From Ignavibacteria bacterium (GTDB lineage Bacteria; Bacteroidota; Ignavibacteria; SZUA-365): DNA of 64,000 nt. The stretch is from the NCBI GenBank assembly GCA_016720835.1, contig JADKJW010000009.1, positions 99,496 to 163,495 on the forward strand, written 5' to 3'. The notes under the pieces were generated by a model, which saw only the letters and a list, made by a program, of their open reading frames with translations, had not been told where the DNA came from and made no database searches. Positions within the stretch are counted from its first letter, which is position 1, and the number at the start of each line of letters is the position of its first letter. The position numbers and the translations under genes were made by a program. Below, piece after piece: positions 53,462 through 63,010 of the stretch.

Positions 53462-54790
53462 ATGAAATCCATACTGCTGGCCACCGCCTCGCTCCTGCTC
53501 GTGTTGTCCATCGCTCCCGCCCAGAAACTTCCGGGGCTCGCCGTCAATGGCAGAAACCTCTACACGCCATGCGGAGACAAGATCGTGCTGCGCGGTGTCA
53601 ACAAGATGATTGTGTGGACCGGCGACCTTGCGCTGCGAAAGCAGTCCTATGCCGAAATCCGCAAAACGAAGGCGAACTGCGTGCGCATCGTCTGGCTCGC
53701 GAATCCGGGACCCAACGAAATCGACGCCGGACCTGGCGGACTCGACCGCACGATACAGGACTGCATCGACGCCAACATGATCCCGATGGTGGAACTGCAC
53801 GACGCCACGGGCGATTTCGCGGGCTTGCAGGCCTGCGTCGATTACTGGAAACGCCCCGACGTGGTTGCCGTGGTGCAGAAGCACGAAAAATACCTGCTCG
53901 TGAACATCGCGAACGAATGCGGCAACGATCAGGTCTCCCTCGCGGAGTTCAAGACGGGGTACGAGAATGCCATCGCCACGCTGAGGGCCGCCGGCATCCG
54001 CACACCGCTGGTCATCGATGGCAGCGACTGGGGCAAGGACCTCGGCATGCTCCGCAATGCCGGCCCCTTCCTCCTCGCGCAGGACCCGGACCACAACCTC
54101 ATCTTCAGCGTCCACATGTACTGGGCCGTCAGCGACGGCGCGGATGCGGCATTCATCAGCCGTGAGCTGCAGGCGGCCGCGGATCTCGACCTGCCGATCA
54201 TCGTCGGCGAATTCGCATACAAGTTCAACCGGGACAAGGCCTGCGTGTACGAGTGCGATTACCGGACCATTCTGTCCGAATGCAACAGACTCGACATCGG
54301 CTGGCTCGCGTGGGAGTGGGGTCCGGGCAACGACATCTTCGATCCCTCCTGCGACATCATGAACATGACGATGGACAGCTTCTTCAACACGCTGAAAGAC
54401 GGCTGGGCGAAGGAGGTGGCAATCACCAGTCCGTTCGGTATCGAGGCGACGTCACTCACGCCGGAGTACATCATCAATCACGGCATCTGTCCCACCTCGG
54501 ATGCTGAAGCGTCCGCGACTGTGGCCAGCGGCATCAGCCTCGACGTGTATCCAAATCCCTCGCGCGGCGCATCGTCGGTTGTTGTCCGCATTCGCAGACC
54601 AACCGTCCTGGAAATTACCGTGGTCGATGTCGCCGGACACCTCGTCGCGAGACAATCGGCAGGCCTGATCAGAGAAGGGACGCACAGCATACCGCTCCAT
54701 GCACTGCCTGCTCTCCCTGCGGGAAGCTATTCATGCCGCGTTTCCGACGGCACCACCATCGCTTCCGCACGCTTCACCGTTGTGAAATAA
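53462..54790 (+). CDS. GH5 glycoside hydrolase (endo-beta-mannanase-like) with T9SS sorting domain
   Basis: Signal MKSILLATASLLLVLSIAPAQ. ELHDATG, LLVNIANECG (acid/base Glu) and IIVGEFA (nucleophile Glu). C-terminus LDVYPNPSRGASSVVV...LEITVVDVAGHLV...ARFTVVK. Confidence 0.8.
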   Translation: MKSILLATASLLLVLSIAPAQKLPGLAVNGRNLYTPCGDKIVLRGVNKMIVWTGDLALRKQSYAEIRKTKANCVRIVWLANPGPNEIDAGPGGLDRTIQDCIDANMIPMVELHDATGDFAGLQACVDYWKRPDVVAVVQKHEKYLLVNIANECGNDQVSLAEFKTGYENAIATLRAAGIRTPLVIDGSDWGKDLGMLRNAGPFLLAQDPDHNLIFSVHMYWAVSDGADAAFISRELQAAADLDLPIIVGEFAYKFNRDKACVYECDYRTILSECNRLDIGWLAWEWGPGNDIFDPSCDIMNMTMDSFFNTLKDGWAKEVAITSPFGIEATSLTPEYIINHGICPTSDAEASATVASGISLDVYPNPSRGASSVVVRIRRPTVLEITVVDVAGHLVARQSAGLIREGTHSIPLHALPALPAGSYSCRVSDGTTIASARFTVVK

Positions 54791-54797
54791 TCGCGAA

Positions 54798-54825
54798 CCC
54801 TTCACCCTTCAACCTTCACCCTTCA
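54798..54825 (-). repeat. Micro-repeat tract T6: four heptamers, TGAAGG(G/T) on the minus strand
   Basis: cccttca cccttca accttca cccttca. The histidine-kinase stop codon (54809-54811) and its last four codons (MKGEG) lie inside the tract. Confidence 0.85.
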
Positions 54826-57800
54826 TCCCCAACACCGTCTCGATCGTCTGAAACAGCAGGCTGATATCGACAGGCTTGGGCACGTAGGCCGTGCACCCGG
54901 CATCCAGGCAGTTGATGCGGTCCTGATCGAAGGCGTGCGCAGTCACGGCGATGATCGGGAGTCGGGCGTGCTGTTCGGATGCCCGGATCTGCCGCGCGAG
55001 GTCGAGTCCGTGCGTGCCGCCCTGCAGGGAAATATCCAGGAGCAGGAGGTGCAGCGAACGTTCCGCAAGGACGCGCCACGCCTCCGCGGCGCTGTCCGCG
55101 CACGAAACGTCAAAGCGCGGACTCAGGATATCGCGCATGAATTCCACGGTGCCGGGGTCATCCTCCACGATCAGGATCTCGCGCCGCGCCCCGCCAGGGA
55201 CCGCTGTCAGGGCGCGCAACCGCTCCCGCGGCACGGCGGGTTCGGTCTGCGCGTCCATTGGACCTGAATAACACGAGGCGAGCCGCAGCGTGAACGTGGT
55301 GCCGACCCCTTTCCGGCTGTCGACATCGATGGAGACGTTGAGCAGATCGAGGTACTTTTTGACGAGCGCGAGGCCGAGGCCGATGCCGTCATACGAGCGC
55401 GTGTACCCGATTTCCTCCTGTGAGTACGGCGTGAAGAGATGCGGAAGGTATTCTTTGTCAATGCCCACCCCCGTGTCCTGGATTTCGAGGCAGGGCGATC
55501 CTTCGCCGTCGGGGTACAGGCGGACACGGATGGAGCCGCTCGGGGTGAACTTGATCGCATTGTCGATGAGATTGCTGATTGCGTCGTTCAGGCAATGCTC
55601 GTCCGTATACAGCGTCGCGTGGCCGAATTGATTGATCCATATCAGATCGAGAGCCCGTTTTTCGGCGGCCGGACGAAGTTGCACGAGGAGATGCTCGATC
55701 AGGCCGGCGAGTTCGAAGCGCGCGGGCGTAAGATTGAACACCCCTGCCTGCATGCGCGAGATGCTCAGGATCATGTCCACCGTCCGCATCAACCGGTGAG
55801 CCCCTGATTCGATGGAGCGGAAGTAGCGATGCTGCTCGGGCGCCGAATCGCGGAGGAAGCGATCCTCAACGATTCGGCTGTAGCCGAGGATCACGTTGAG
55901 CGGCGTGCGGATCTCATGCGAGATGTTTGCGATGAAGGCATCCTTGAGCCGGTCGGATCGCTCGGCGCGCTCCTTGGCCTGGATGAGTTCGAGAAGCGCC
56001 CGCTTCCGGAAGGTCAGATCCGTGACGAACGAGTAATAGAACTCCGGGGCGCCGGCGTCATCGCGCACAAGATGGACGAGGAGTTCCACGGGAACGCGGG
56101 AGCCGTCCTTGCGGATGTACTCTTTCTCGTAGCGGACGGGCAGTCCCGTGCGATGCAGTTCCTCCAGCGCCGCCAGTTCGGGAGCGTGCCATTCATCGGG
56201 AGTCATGTCCTTGTACCAGTCGACCTGTTCGAGTTCCCGCGCAGTGTATCCGAGCAGTCCGAGGTAGGCGGCGTTGGCGATGCCGAGGCGGCCGTCCGGA
56301 TAGCCGATGCCGAAGGGTTGCGACGCATGTTCGAGCACCTCCGCGAGAAAGCGGTGCCGCTCGGAGAGTTCCGTCATCTCCTTCAGGGTCCGCTCGTGCT
56401 TCGCCCGCTCGCGCAAGGTGAAGATGCCATACGACAGATCGAGGGCCAGCTCGCGCAGCAGGCGGACTTCCTCGTCGATGAATGCATCCGGCACGGCGTC
56501 GTAGATCACGAGAATTCCGATGACGTCCTCGTCGAGCTCCAACGGGAGCGAAATGACGGAGCGGTATCCGATCTGAACTGCCGCGGCACGCCAGGGCGCG
56601 AAGAGCGGGTCCGTCTCCGTGTCATTCACGATGACGGGAGTCCGCGCGCGTATCGATCGGCCGGCGGGGCCCCGCCCATGCTCGGTGTCGGCCCAGGTGA
56701 TGGCCATCTGTTCGATGTACCCGCCTTCGAATCCCGCGTGCGCGACGGTCCGCACGCTCTTCGCGTCGTCGTGCTCGACAAAACCGATCCACGCGAGGCG
56801 GTAGCCGCCGAGTTCGATGATGAAGCGGCAGACTTCCTGGAGGAAGGACGGTTCATCCTTCGCGCGCACGAGCGTCTGGTTCGATTCGCTGAGCACCCGG
56901 AGCGCGCGATGCGCCTTCGCCAGTTCCGCGGTGTGCCTCGCCCGCTCCGCTGCCACGCGTTCGATGCTTCCGCCGATGCGTCGACCGAACATCGTCACCG
57001 TGAAAACGGTCGCGGAGATGAGCACGATGGTGATCAATGCGGAAACCAGCGCCGGATTGAGCGAGAGCAGCGATGCAAGGGAAGTCTCCGAAACACTGTG
57101 CAGCACAAGCACCACGACGGTGAGCGGAACGAAGGCTCGAAGCATGCGCGCCGTGGGCGCGGGACCCAGAAACATCCGGATATGCGGGACGTCCGCACCC
57201 GCAACAACAAGAGTGCCCGCCCCGAGAAGGAGGAAACCCATGGCCGTGTTCTGCGCGAGCGGGATGATCGTGCCTCCATAGAGCAACGGTGTGCCGTACA
57301 GATACCCCACGCTGGCAATGAACCCGAGGGTCATCACGACCAGCGCGCAGACGGCGGCGATCCCCGCGGTCCTCGAGTTTCTCCACGCGGGCAGCAGCAG
57401 GAGCAGCGCCAGACTGGCGAGGAAAAACAGCCCTCCGGTGATCGGGGACATCCGTCCGATTGGAATGAGATCGAGCACTTCCGTGACCGGAAAAAGAACC
57501 GCGGAAAACGTCAGGTCCGCCCCGACGACATGCCCGATGAGTTTCAGCAGTCCGTACATGCCGCAGAGGACGAGGATGGAGACCGCGGCAAGCATCCCGG
57601 CGCCTTGCGTTCTCAGTCGCAAGAACCCGTGGAGGACGAATCCGAGCAAGAGAAACATCCCGGCGGTATCGGGCGCAATGGGAACATGCTGCGGCTGGAA
57701 GCGCGCGAGAATCATGATCCCCGTCAGCCACCCGAGCATGCCGATGGCGCCGAGGGCGCCGACGGCCAGCGCCGAGACGCGGAGAATCCATTCCGTGCGT

Positions 57801-57835
57801 CCAATTGCACGATACCCGGGTGTTGTCACAGTCAT
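54809..57835 (-). CDS. Membrane hybrid sensor histidine kinase (multi-TM sensor, GAF, PAS, HisKA, HATPase_c, receiver)
   Basis: About 8 N-terminal TM helices. GAF-like region. FIANISHEIRTPLNVILGY, NAIKFT and DTGVGI/GIGLGLAL. ILIVEDD...LLLDISL...AVTAHA...YVPKP. Start taken as ATG 57835 (MTVTTPGY). Confidence 0.9.
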   Translation of the reverse strand: MTVTTPGYRAIGRTEWILRVSALAVGALGAIGMLGWLTGIMILARFQPQHVPIAPDTAGMFLLLGFVLHGFLRLRTQGAGMLAAVSILVLCGMYGLLKLIGHVVGADLTFSAVLFPVTEVLDLIPIGRMSPITGGLFFLASLALLLLLPAWRNSRTAGIAAVCALVVMTLGFIASVGYLYGTPLLYGGTIIPLAQNTAMGFLLLGAGTLVVAGADVPHIRMFLGPAPTARMLRAFVPLTVVVLVLHSVSETSLASLLSLNPALVSALITIVLISATVFTVTMFGRRIGGSIERVAAERARHTAELAKAHRALRVLSESNQTLVRAKDEPSFLQEVCRFIIELGGYRLAWIGFVEHDDAKSVRTVAHAGFEGGYIEQMAITWADTEHGRGPAGRSIRARTPVIVNDTETDPLFAPWRAAAVQIGYRSVISLPLELDEDVIGILVIYDAVPDAFIDEEVRLLRELALDLSYGIFTLRERAKHERTLKEMTELSERHRFLAEVLEHASQPFGIGYPDGRLGIANAAYLGLLGYTARELEQVDWYKDMTPDEWHAPELAALEELHRTGLPVRYEKEYIRKDGSRVPVELLVHLVRDDAGAPEFYYSFVTDLTFRKRALLELIQAKERAERSDRLKDAFIANISHEIRTPLNVILGYSRIVEDRFLRDSAPEQHRYFRSIESGAHRLMRTVDMILSISRMQAGVFNLTPARFELAGLIEHLLVQLRPAAEKRALDLIWINQFGHATLYTDEHCLNDAISNLIDNAIKFTPSGSIRVRLYPDGEGSPCLEIQDTGVGIDKEYLPHLFTPYSQEEIGYTRSYDGIGLGLALVKKYLDLLNVSIDVDSRKGVGTTFTLRLASCYSGPMDAQTEPAVPRERLRALTAVPGGARREILIVEDDPGTVEFMRDILSPRFDVSCADSAAEAWRVLAERSLHLLLLDISLQGGTHGLDLARQIRASEQHARLPIIAVTAHAFDQDRINCLDAGCTAYVPKPVDISLLFQTIETVLGMKGEG

Positions 57836-58045
57836 GATGCTTTGTGAAGGGTGTGCGGGGCAGCCTCGAGGCGTGTCGGTGCGGCCATTGCTGGCCTGTG
57901 CGTCAATTCTACACCTTCCAAGCGCCTGTCCATGTAAGCAATCCGTGATATCGGATGTGGGGAGTTCTCCATTCCACTCGCGGACACGATCGGGCTCCAT
58001 CGCGTGCTTGCGGGAAACGAACGGGATATCTAGCTTGTTCTGCCA

Positions 58046-58819
58046 ATGTCAGCGCAGCCTCATTCAGACCAGGCCCCCATGCACACCAAAGACCGGCCGA
58101 CGATATTCCTTCGCGTGTTCCTCTCGCATCTTCTCCTGCTGCTGGTAAGCTTCATCACCGTCGCGGCACTGTATTCCTACCTGTTCGCGCCCGGCGTGAA
58201 GCTGTTCCTCGCGAGAAGCCCGATGCTCATCCTGCCCGCCATCCTCGGACTGATCGGCATTGCGGGCATGCTGGCGCTGTGGACGTCCGCCGCGATCGCG
58301 ATCCCGCTCGATGAACTCGCGGACCGTCTTGCGCATCGGCACGACAGGAAACCGACGCACCACGGCGCGATGGATCCCGGCACGAAGGAAGTCGGACGGC
58401 TCGCGGATCTGCTGAACGCTGCGCTCCCGGCGAGCATCGAGCGTGCGCCGGAGGAATCCGCATCGGCATCCACCTCCCCGGTGGGCTCGTTGATCGTCGA
58501 TGTCGACAACGAGTTCCGTATCACCGGCATCAGCGCCTCCGTCGAACTCCTGTTCTCGATGCGCGCGCAGGAGATCGCGGGGAAACCGTTTCACGAAGTG
58601 TTTTCCGATCCCGATCACGGCACGGCGGTGCACGAGGCGCTGCATTCCATCGTCATCGAGGGACGAGAGGTGGAGGATTTCCCGACAACGATAACGCTCA
58701 CCGACGGGACGGCCTGCGCCATCTCGTGGGACGGCATGCATTCCTTCGATGCGCAAGGCGTTTTCACGGGACGGAAACTGTTCGGCGCCCTGCGCGCGAC
58801 TTCAGAATCCGAGGGGTAA
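58046..58819 (+). CDS. Membrane protein with two TM helices, a linker and a C-terminal PAS-like domain
   Basis: TM helices LLLLLVSFITVAALYSYLF and MLILPAILGLIGIAGMLALW. C-terminus ...LIVDVDNEFRITGISASVELLFSMRAQEIAGKPFHEVF... is PAS-like. Start 58046 or 58079. Confidence 0.6.
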   Translation: MSAQPHSDQAPMHTKDRPTIFLRVFLSHLLLLLVSFITVAALYSYLFAPGVKLFLARSPMLILPAILGLIGIAGMLALWTSAAIAIPLDELADRLAHRHDRKPTHHGAMDPGTKEVGRLADLLNAALPASIERAPEESASASTSPVGSLIVDVDNEFRITGISASVELLFSMRAQEIAGKPFHEVFSDPDHGTAVHEALHSIVIEGREVEDFPTTITLTDGTACAISWDGMHSFDAQGVFTGRKLFGALRATSESEG

Positions 58820-58996
58820 CGCGGGGTCTTCGCCGTCGGGGTTGCCGCCCATGGCATCGAAATGGTGTACCGCCACGTCCTGCATCCACTGCACGTACTT
58901 CACGTTGTTGACGTGTCCGTTGAGGTCCACGGCATCAGCGGATACGGTGAACGCGTAGGTATAGAGCGGATCGGGAGCGGCTGTCCTTTCAGGTTG
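58802..58996 (-). pseudogene. N-terminal fragment of a hotdog-fold acyl-CoA thioesterase gene
   Basis: My own minus-strand translation gives ...PDPLYTYAFTVSADAVDLNGHVNNVKYVQWMQDVAVHHFDAMGG..., matching the start of 4HBT-type thioesterases (D-x-N-G-H-V-N-N-x-x-Y). There is no canonical start. The frame stops after about 65 codons and overlaps the 3' end of the + strand gene. Confidence 0.45.
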
Positions 58997-59024
58997 CGGT
59001 GTCAGCTGAACCCTTTCCAGGGCG

Positions 59025-59750
59025 TCAGCGCAGCTTCGGTTCCGTCACCGCCGATCTTCCGGGTGCCGCACGAAGCACATAGTGCGCATACCGCTGGGCC
59101 TGTGCAGCGGATTGGAAGGGTCCGAGCGTCACACCGTACCCGCCTCTTCCCACGCGCATTGTCGCAGGAAGGCCGATTCCGAGCAGCGCGTTGCGCTCGC
59201 GGAGGGCAGCCGCACGCGTCGCGTAATTCCCCACATTCAGGTACACCCGATGCTGCCTCGGTATCGCACGCCGCTTCGCGATCTTCGACGCCATCGCGGC
59301 GCGAGCAGCACGCGGGTTGCCGCGACGATACTGACGCGCATCCTTCGACCTCCTTGCCGAGGTCCGATCGGTGCGGAGGCCCTGCGGCGCGTTCGCGTCC
59401 GGCGCAGGCGCGGCTTCCAAGACGATTTCCTCGGAACCCTGGATTCCCTGCGACGCGCCAGCGCCTTTGGCGTCCGTCCCGGGAGCTGCAGCATCGCGCT
59501 TCCGATGGGCGCCGGTGCCGCTTCGCATCTCTCCGGTGTGGGTGACGGAATTCGGACCACGCTCGAGATTCTTCAGCCTCACCTCGACATTCGCGTATTT
59601 TTTTGTCGCGAGATCCACGCGGTTTGCCAGCTTGTTCTGCTGCCAGATGAAGACGAGCACCGCGACCAGCAGCACGATGATGGCGAGCCACTGCACGAGT
59701 TGAAAGGGGGAAGTCCGCGAGTTTCCTGTCTTGTCTGCCTGCGTTACCAT
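59025..59750 (-). CDS. SPOR-domain protein with an N-terminal membrane anchor
   Basis: TM WLAIIVLLVAVLVFIW, a low-complexity linker, and C-terminus HRVYLNVGNYATRAAALRERNALLGIGLPATMRVGRGGYGVTLGPFQSAAQAQRY (SPOR-like beta-alpha-beta repeats). Confidence 0.7.
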   Translation of the reverse strand: MVTQADKTGNSRTSPFQLVQWLAIIVLLVAVLVFIWQQNKLANRVDLATKKYANVEVRLKNLERGPNSVTHTGEMRSGTGAHRKRDAAAPGTDAKGAGASQGIQGSEEIVLEAAPAPDANAPQGLRTDRTSARRSKDARQYRRGNPRAARAAMASKIAKRRAIPRQHRVYLNVGNYATRAAALRERNALLGIGLPATMRVGRGGYGVTLGPFQSAAQAQRYAHYVLRAAPGRSAVTEPKLR

Positions 59751-59883
59751 GGTACTCCCATGCGAATGATCGAAGGTCGGATTCGAGACCCCGCTTCAGC
59801 CTGCCGCGGGTTCTCCGCAGACCGATTCTACCGCTTTTCGGATCGAAATGGAAGAAGAAAAGGATGAACGTCGTGCAGGTTCT

Positions 59884-60111
59884 TCAACGGTCCGGCAGGA
59901 CCAACGCATACCAGGTCTCGTCCCCTTCCCTGCGCGAGACGTCGAGCTTGTGCCTGAAGCCTTCCTTCAGGTGCAGGAAAAAGCGGACGCGATCCAGGAG
60001 ATTGTCGATGGCTTCGTCTTCGGTGGCCGCCCAGGATTCGCATTCGCGGATGCTGGGGACCGAGGCTTCCACGCCGTCGTCCGTTTTCCGCGTGACGATC
60101 TGGATCTGCAT
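59884..60111 (-). CDS. Small HicB/UPF0150-like protein
   Basis: [46 protein letters not shown] fits the HicB-N pattern (...DG.y.a.vP.l.gc...G.T.eEAl.N...). Its ATG shares one base with the acyl-CoA dehydrogenase TGA (TGATG). Confidence 0.5.
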   Translation of the reverse strand: MQIQIVTRKTDDGVEASVPSIRECESWAATEDEAIDNLLDRVRFFLHLKEGFRHKLDVSRREGDETWYALVLPDR

Positions 60112-61283
60112 CAGTCCTGCAACAGACGGCGGCTGATCACCAGGCGTTGAATTTCCGACGTGCCCTCGCCGATGGTCAGCAGCTTCACGTCGCGATAGTA
60201 TTTCTCCGCCGCGTAGTCCTTCGTGAAGCCGTAGCCTCCGAGGATCTGCACCGCCTCGTTCGTCACGCGCGTCGCGACCTCGCTCGCGAAGAGTTTCGCG
60301 TACGACGCGGCGACGTTGATGTCCATGCCCTGCGTGCGCATCCATGCGGCCTTGTGCGTGAGCAGCCGGGCGGCCTCGATGTCCATTGCCATTTTCGCGA
60401 GCTTGAACTGCGTGGCCTGAAATTCGGCGAGCGGTTTGCCGAACTGTTTGCGTTCCTTCGAGTACGCGAGCGCCGTTTCGTAGGCGCCCTGTGCCGTGCC
60501 GACGGAGCAGGCGGCGATGGAGACGCGGCCGCCGTCGAGGATCTGCAGCGCCTGCTTGAAGCCGTTGCCGGTCTCTCCACCGAGCAGATTCTCCTTCGGG
60601 ACGCGCACATTCTCCATGATGATCGTCGCGGTATCGCTGGCGCGCATGCCGAGCTTGTTCTCTTTTTTCCCGGTCGAGAAGCCCGGCATGGTGCGCTCGA
60701 GCACGAAGGCGGAGATGCCCTTGCTGCCCTGCCCGGGCTCCGTCACGGCCATGACGACGGCCGTCTCGCCATACGTGGCGTGCGTGATGAAGTTCTTCGA
60801 GCCGTTGAGCACCCACGCGTCGCCATCGAGGACTGCGGTGGTGCGCATGCCGCCCGCGTCGCTGCCGGAGCCGGGTTCGGTGAGACCCCACATGCCGAGC
60901 TTGCGGCCGCTCGCGAGATCGGGCATGTACTTCTGCCGCACCACGGGCGAGGCAAACTGGTAGAGGTGATTGGAGCAGAGTCCGTTATGCGCGGCGACGC
61001 CGAGCCCGATGGACGGATCGACGCGGGAGATTTCCTCGACGATCAGCGCATACTCGATGGCGCTCATCCCCGCCCCTTCCAGTTCCTCCGGGAACATGAT
61101 TCCCAGAAAGCCCAGCTCGCCCATCTTCGTGAAGAGATCGCGCGGGAAGTGCTGCGCCTCGTCCCACTCCATCACGTGGGGACGGATCTCGCTCTCCGCA
61201 AAGTCGCGCGCGGTGTCGCGCACCAGGATCTGATGCTCGTCGAGTGCGAAGGAGTAGGCGCCGGGTTCATTCGTGTGGGACAT
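60111..61283 (-). CDS. Acyl-CoA dehydrogenase
   Basis: [28 protein letters not shown], ...[43 protein letters not shown] (catalytic Glu in IGEGTSEIQ). Start ATG 61283 or 61298. Confidence 0.92.
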   Translation of the reverse strand: MSHTNEPGAYSFALDEHQILVRDTARDFAESEIRPHVMEWDEAQHFPRDLFTKMGELGFLGIMFPEELEGAGMSAIEYALIVEEISRVDPSIGLGVAAHNGLCSNHLYQFASPVVRQKYMPDLASGRKLGMWGLTEPGSGSDAGGMRTTAVLDGDAWVLNGSKNFITHATYGETAVVMAVTEPGQGSKGISAFVLERTMPGFSTGKKENKLGMRASDTATIIMENVRVPKENLLGGETGNGFKQALQILDGGRVSIAACSVGTAQGAYETALAYSKERKQFGKPLAEFQATQFKLAKMAMDIEAARLLTHKAAWMRTQGMDINVAASYAKLFASEVATRVTNEAVQILGGYGFTKDYAAEKYYRDVKLLTIGEGTSEIQRLVISRRLLQD

Positions 61284-61416
61284 GGGATCTCCGTGCAAAA
61301 GTCAGGTGCCGTTGTATTGAAGGGACGAATTTCCGGATACGGGCTGAATAAGCGCAACAATGTCCCAATATACACAAACCAAGCGCCATTCCTCCCTTCC
61401 ATGGAGAGGAAGCGGT

Positions 61417-62856
61417 CTATTTCCCGGTGTCGATGATCACGTCGCCGAGCGTGTTCGTCGCTCCGCCCGCCTTGCGTATGGCGTTCACCGCGGCGGTCTC
61501 GCGTTCGATGCGCGGGAATCGGTAGAGCAGCGTGCCGTCCTCGCGGAGTTCCGTCGTCCCGTGGATATCGATGAGCACCGACCCGAGGATGCGTTCCACT
61601 TCGCGCGCATCCATCGCGGCCTGGCCGCCTCGATTGACGGCGGCGACGATATCGGACAGCGTCAGAGGGTAGCCGGCAGTATCAAAGATGACGCGCATGA
61701 TGCGTCTGCGCTTGTTGCGATCCAGGCGCCGCGCTTCCTGCGTGCGGACGTCGAAAGATCGGATGAGCGGCACGAGGAAAAAGAGGAACGAGAAGAGGAA
61801 CGGAATCCACCCGAGGACGAAGTGGATGGTCGACCACATGCCCGGCGAATCGCCGATGTAGATGCTCGCGCCGGCCTCGGCGCTGGAACTGAAGAGCACT
61901 GCGCACGACATGATCAGCGTGAAGGCGTTCATACCGGCGATCATCGCGTTCTTCCCGCCCGTGTTGCCGGTCACCTGATAGGGTGCTTCGAATTCGTGCC
62001 AGAACAGCTCCACCTTTCCACCCTCGAGATTCGCGTCTCCTTTCGCGAGCACCTGCTCGAATTTCCCGATCAGCACGCCTTCCTCCGTGATGTCGGCGTT
62101 GCCTTTGAAACGCGTGAGGTAGTCCGCCATGCGTTCCTCGGATTCGGCGTAGGTCCAGCCGGCGAGCGCGACGATTTCGGTGGTGGTGAGGACGCCGTTG
62201 TTGTCGCGCAGCCAGGACAGCACTTCCTTCTCGTTCGCGAAAGGGTCGAAATCCGGACGCGGTGGTCCGAAAACGAAGTCGTACACCGACTGCACGAGGC
62301 GCTTGCTCTTCTCCGCCTTCGCGGTGTTGCGTCGCGAGACCTGCTGATAGCCGCGGTGCTGGTAGCCGTAGGAGTCGGTCATGCTCACGATGATCATGCC
62401 GCGCCCCGCGGCCGCGAAGAGATCGACGAAGAGATCGCCCACCCAGTCCAGGCTGAAGTCGCTGTCGCTCTTCGACGACGCGGCGAGCGCCAGCGCGATG
62501 GCGACGATGACGAAAAAGACGAAGTACACGAGCAGCATCACGGTGATCCAGATCTTGAACAGCACCTTGAAGCCGCGCCACAGCACATCGCCGATGTCGG
62601 CCAGGATTTCCTTCGCGGTCTTCGACCCGCGGCGGCGCAGCGAGGCCCCGAAATCGTAGAGGATCTCCCCCGATTCCGTCACCTGCAGACGGCACACGAA
62701 GCGGTTCATCATCGCCTCGAGTCCCGTGCGCACATCTTCTATTGCCAGTCCGGTGGCCGCCGCCGCATCCGCGACCGTCAGCCTGCCCTTCGCCTTCGAA
62801 ATCTTCGGTTGAATCTGCCGAACCGCATCATCGGCGTTCATGAGTTGCATGGCCAT
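61417..62856 (-). CDS. Hypothetical multi-pass membrane protein with three repeated soluble modules
   Basis: Two TM blocks (…IWITVMLLVYFVFFVIVAIALALAA… and …AMIAGMNAFTLIMSCAVLF…IHFVLGWIPFLFSFLFFLVPLI…) separate three ~45-aa modules that end EILYDF, VLIGKF and TLLYRF. Confidence 0.6.
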   Translation of the reverse strand: MAMQLMNADDAVRQIQPKISKAKGRLTVADAAAATGLAIEDVRTGLEAMMNRFVCRLQVTESGEILYDFGASLRRRGSKTAKEILADIGDVLWRGFKVLFKIWITVMLLVYFVFFVIVAIALALAASSKSDSDFSLDWVGDLFVDLFAAAGRGMIIVSMTDSYGYQHRGYQQVSRRNTAKAEKSKRLVQSVYDFVFGPPRPDFDPFANEKEVLSWLRDNNGVLTTTEIVALAGWTYAESEERMADYLTRFKGNADITEEGVLIGKFEQVLAKGDANLEGGKVELFWHEFEAPYQVTGNTGGKNAMIAGMNAFTLIMSCAVLFSSSAEAGASIYIGDSPGMWSTIHFVLGWIPFLFSFLFFLVPLIRSFDVRTQEARRLDRNKRRRIMRVIFDTAGYPLTLSDIVAAVNRGGQAAMDAREVERILGSVLIDIHGTTELREDGTLLYRFPRIERETAAVNAIRKAGGATNTLGDVIIDTGK

Positions 62857-63010
62857 ACGCGCTTCAAATGGTGGAAAATCGATGAACTGTGAAAATGGCG
62901 GATTTGCGTGTGCGACGCAAGGCCTCGTGCCCATGCTCCCCACCTGCGTCCGCCGATGGCGGACTTCGGCGGACACGCCGCGTGGGCACGCAGGGCGGGC
63001 ACTCAGTCAA

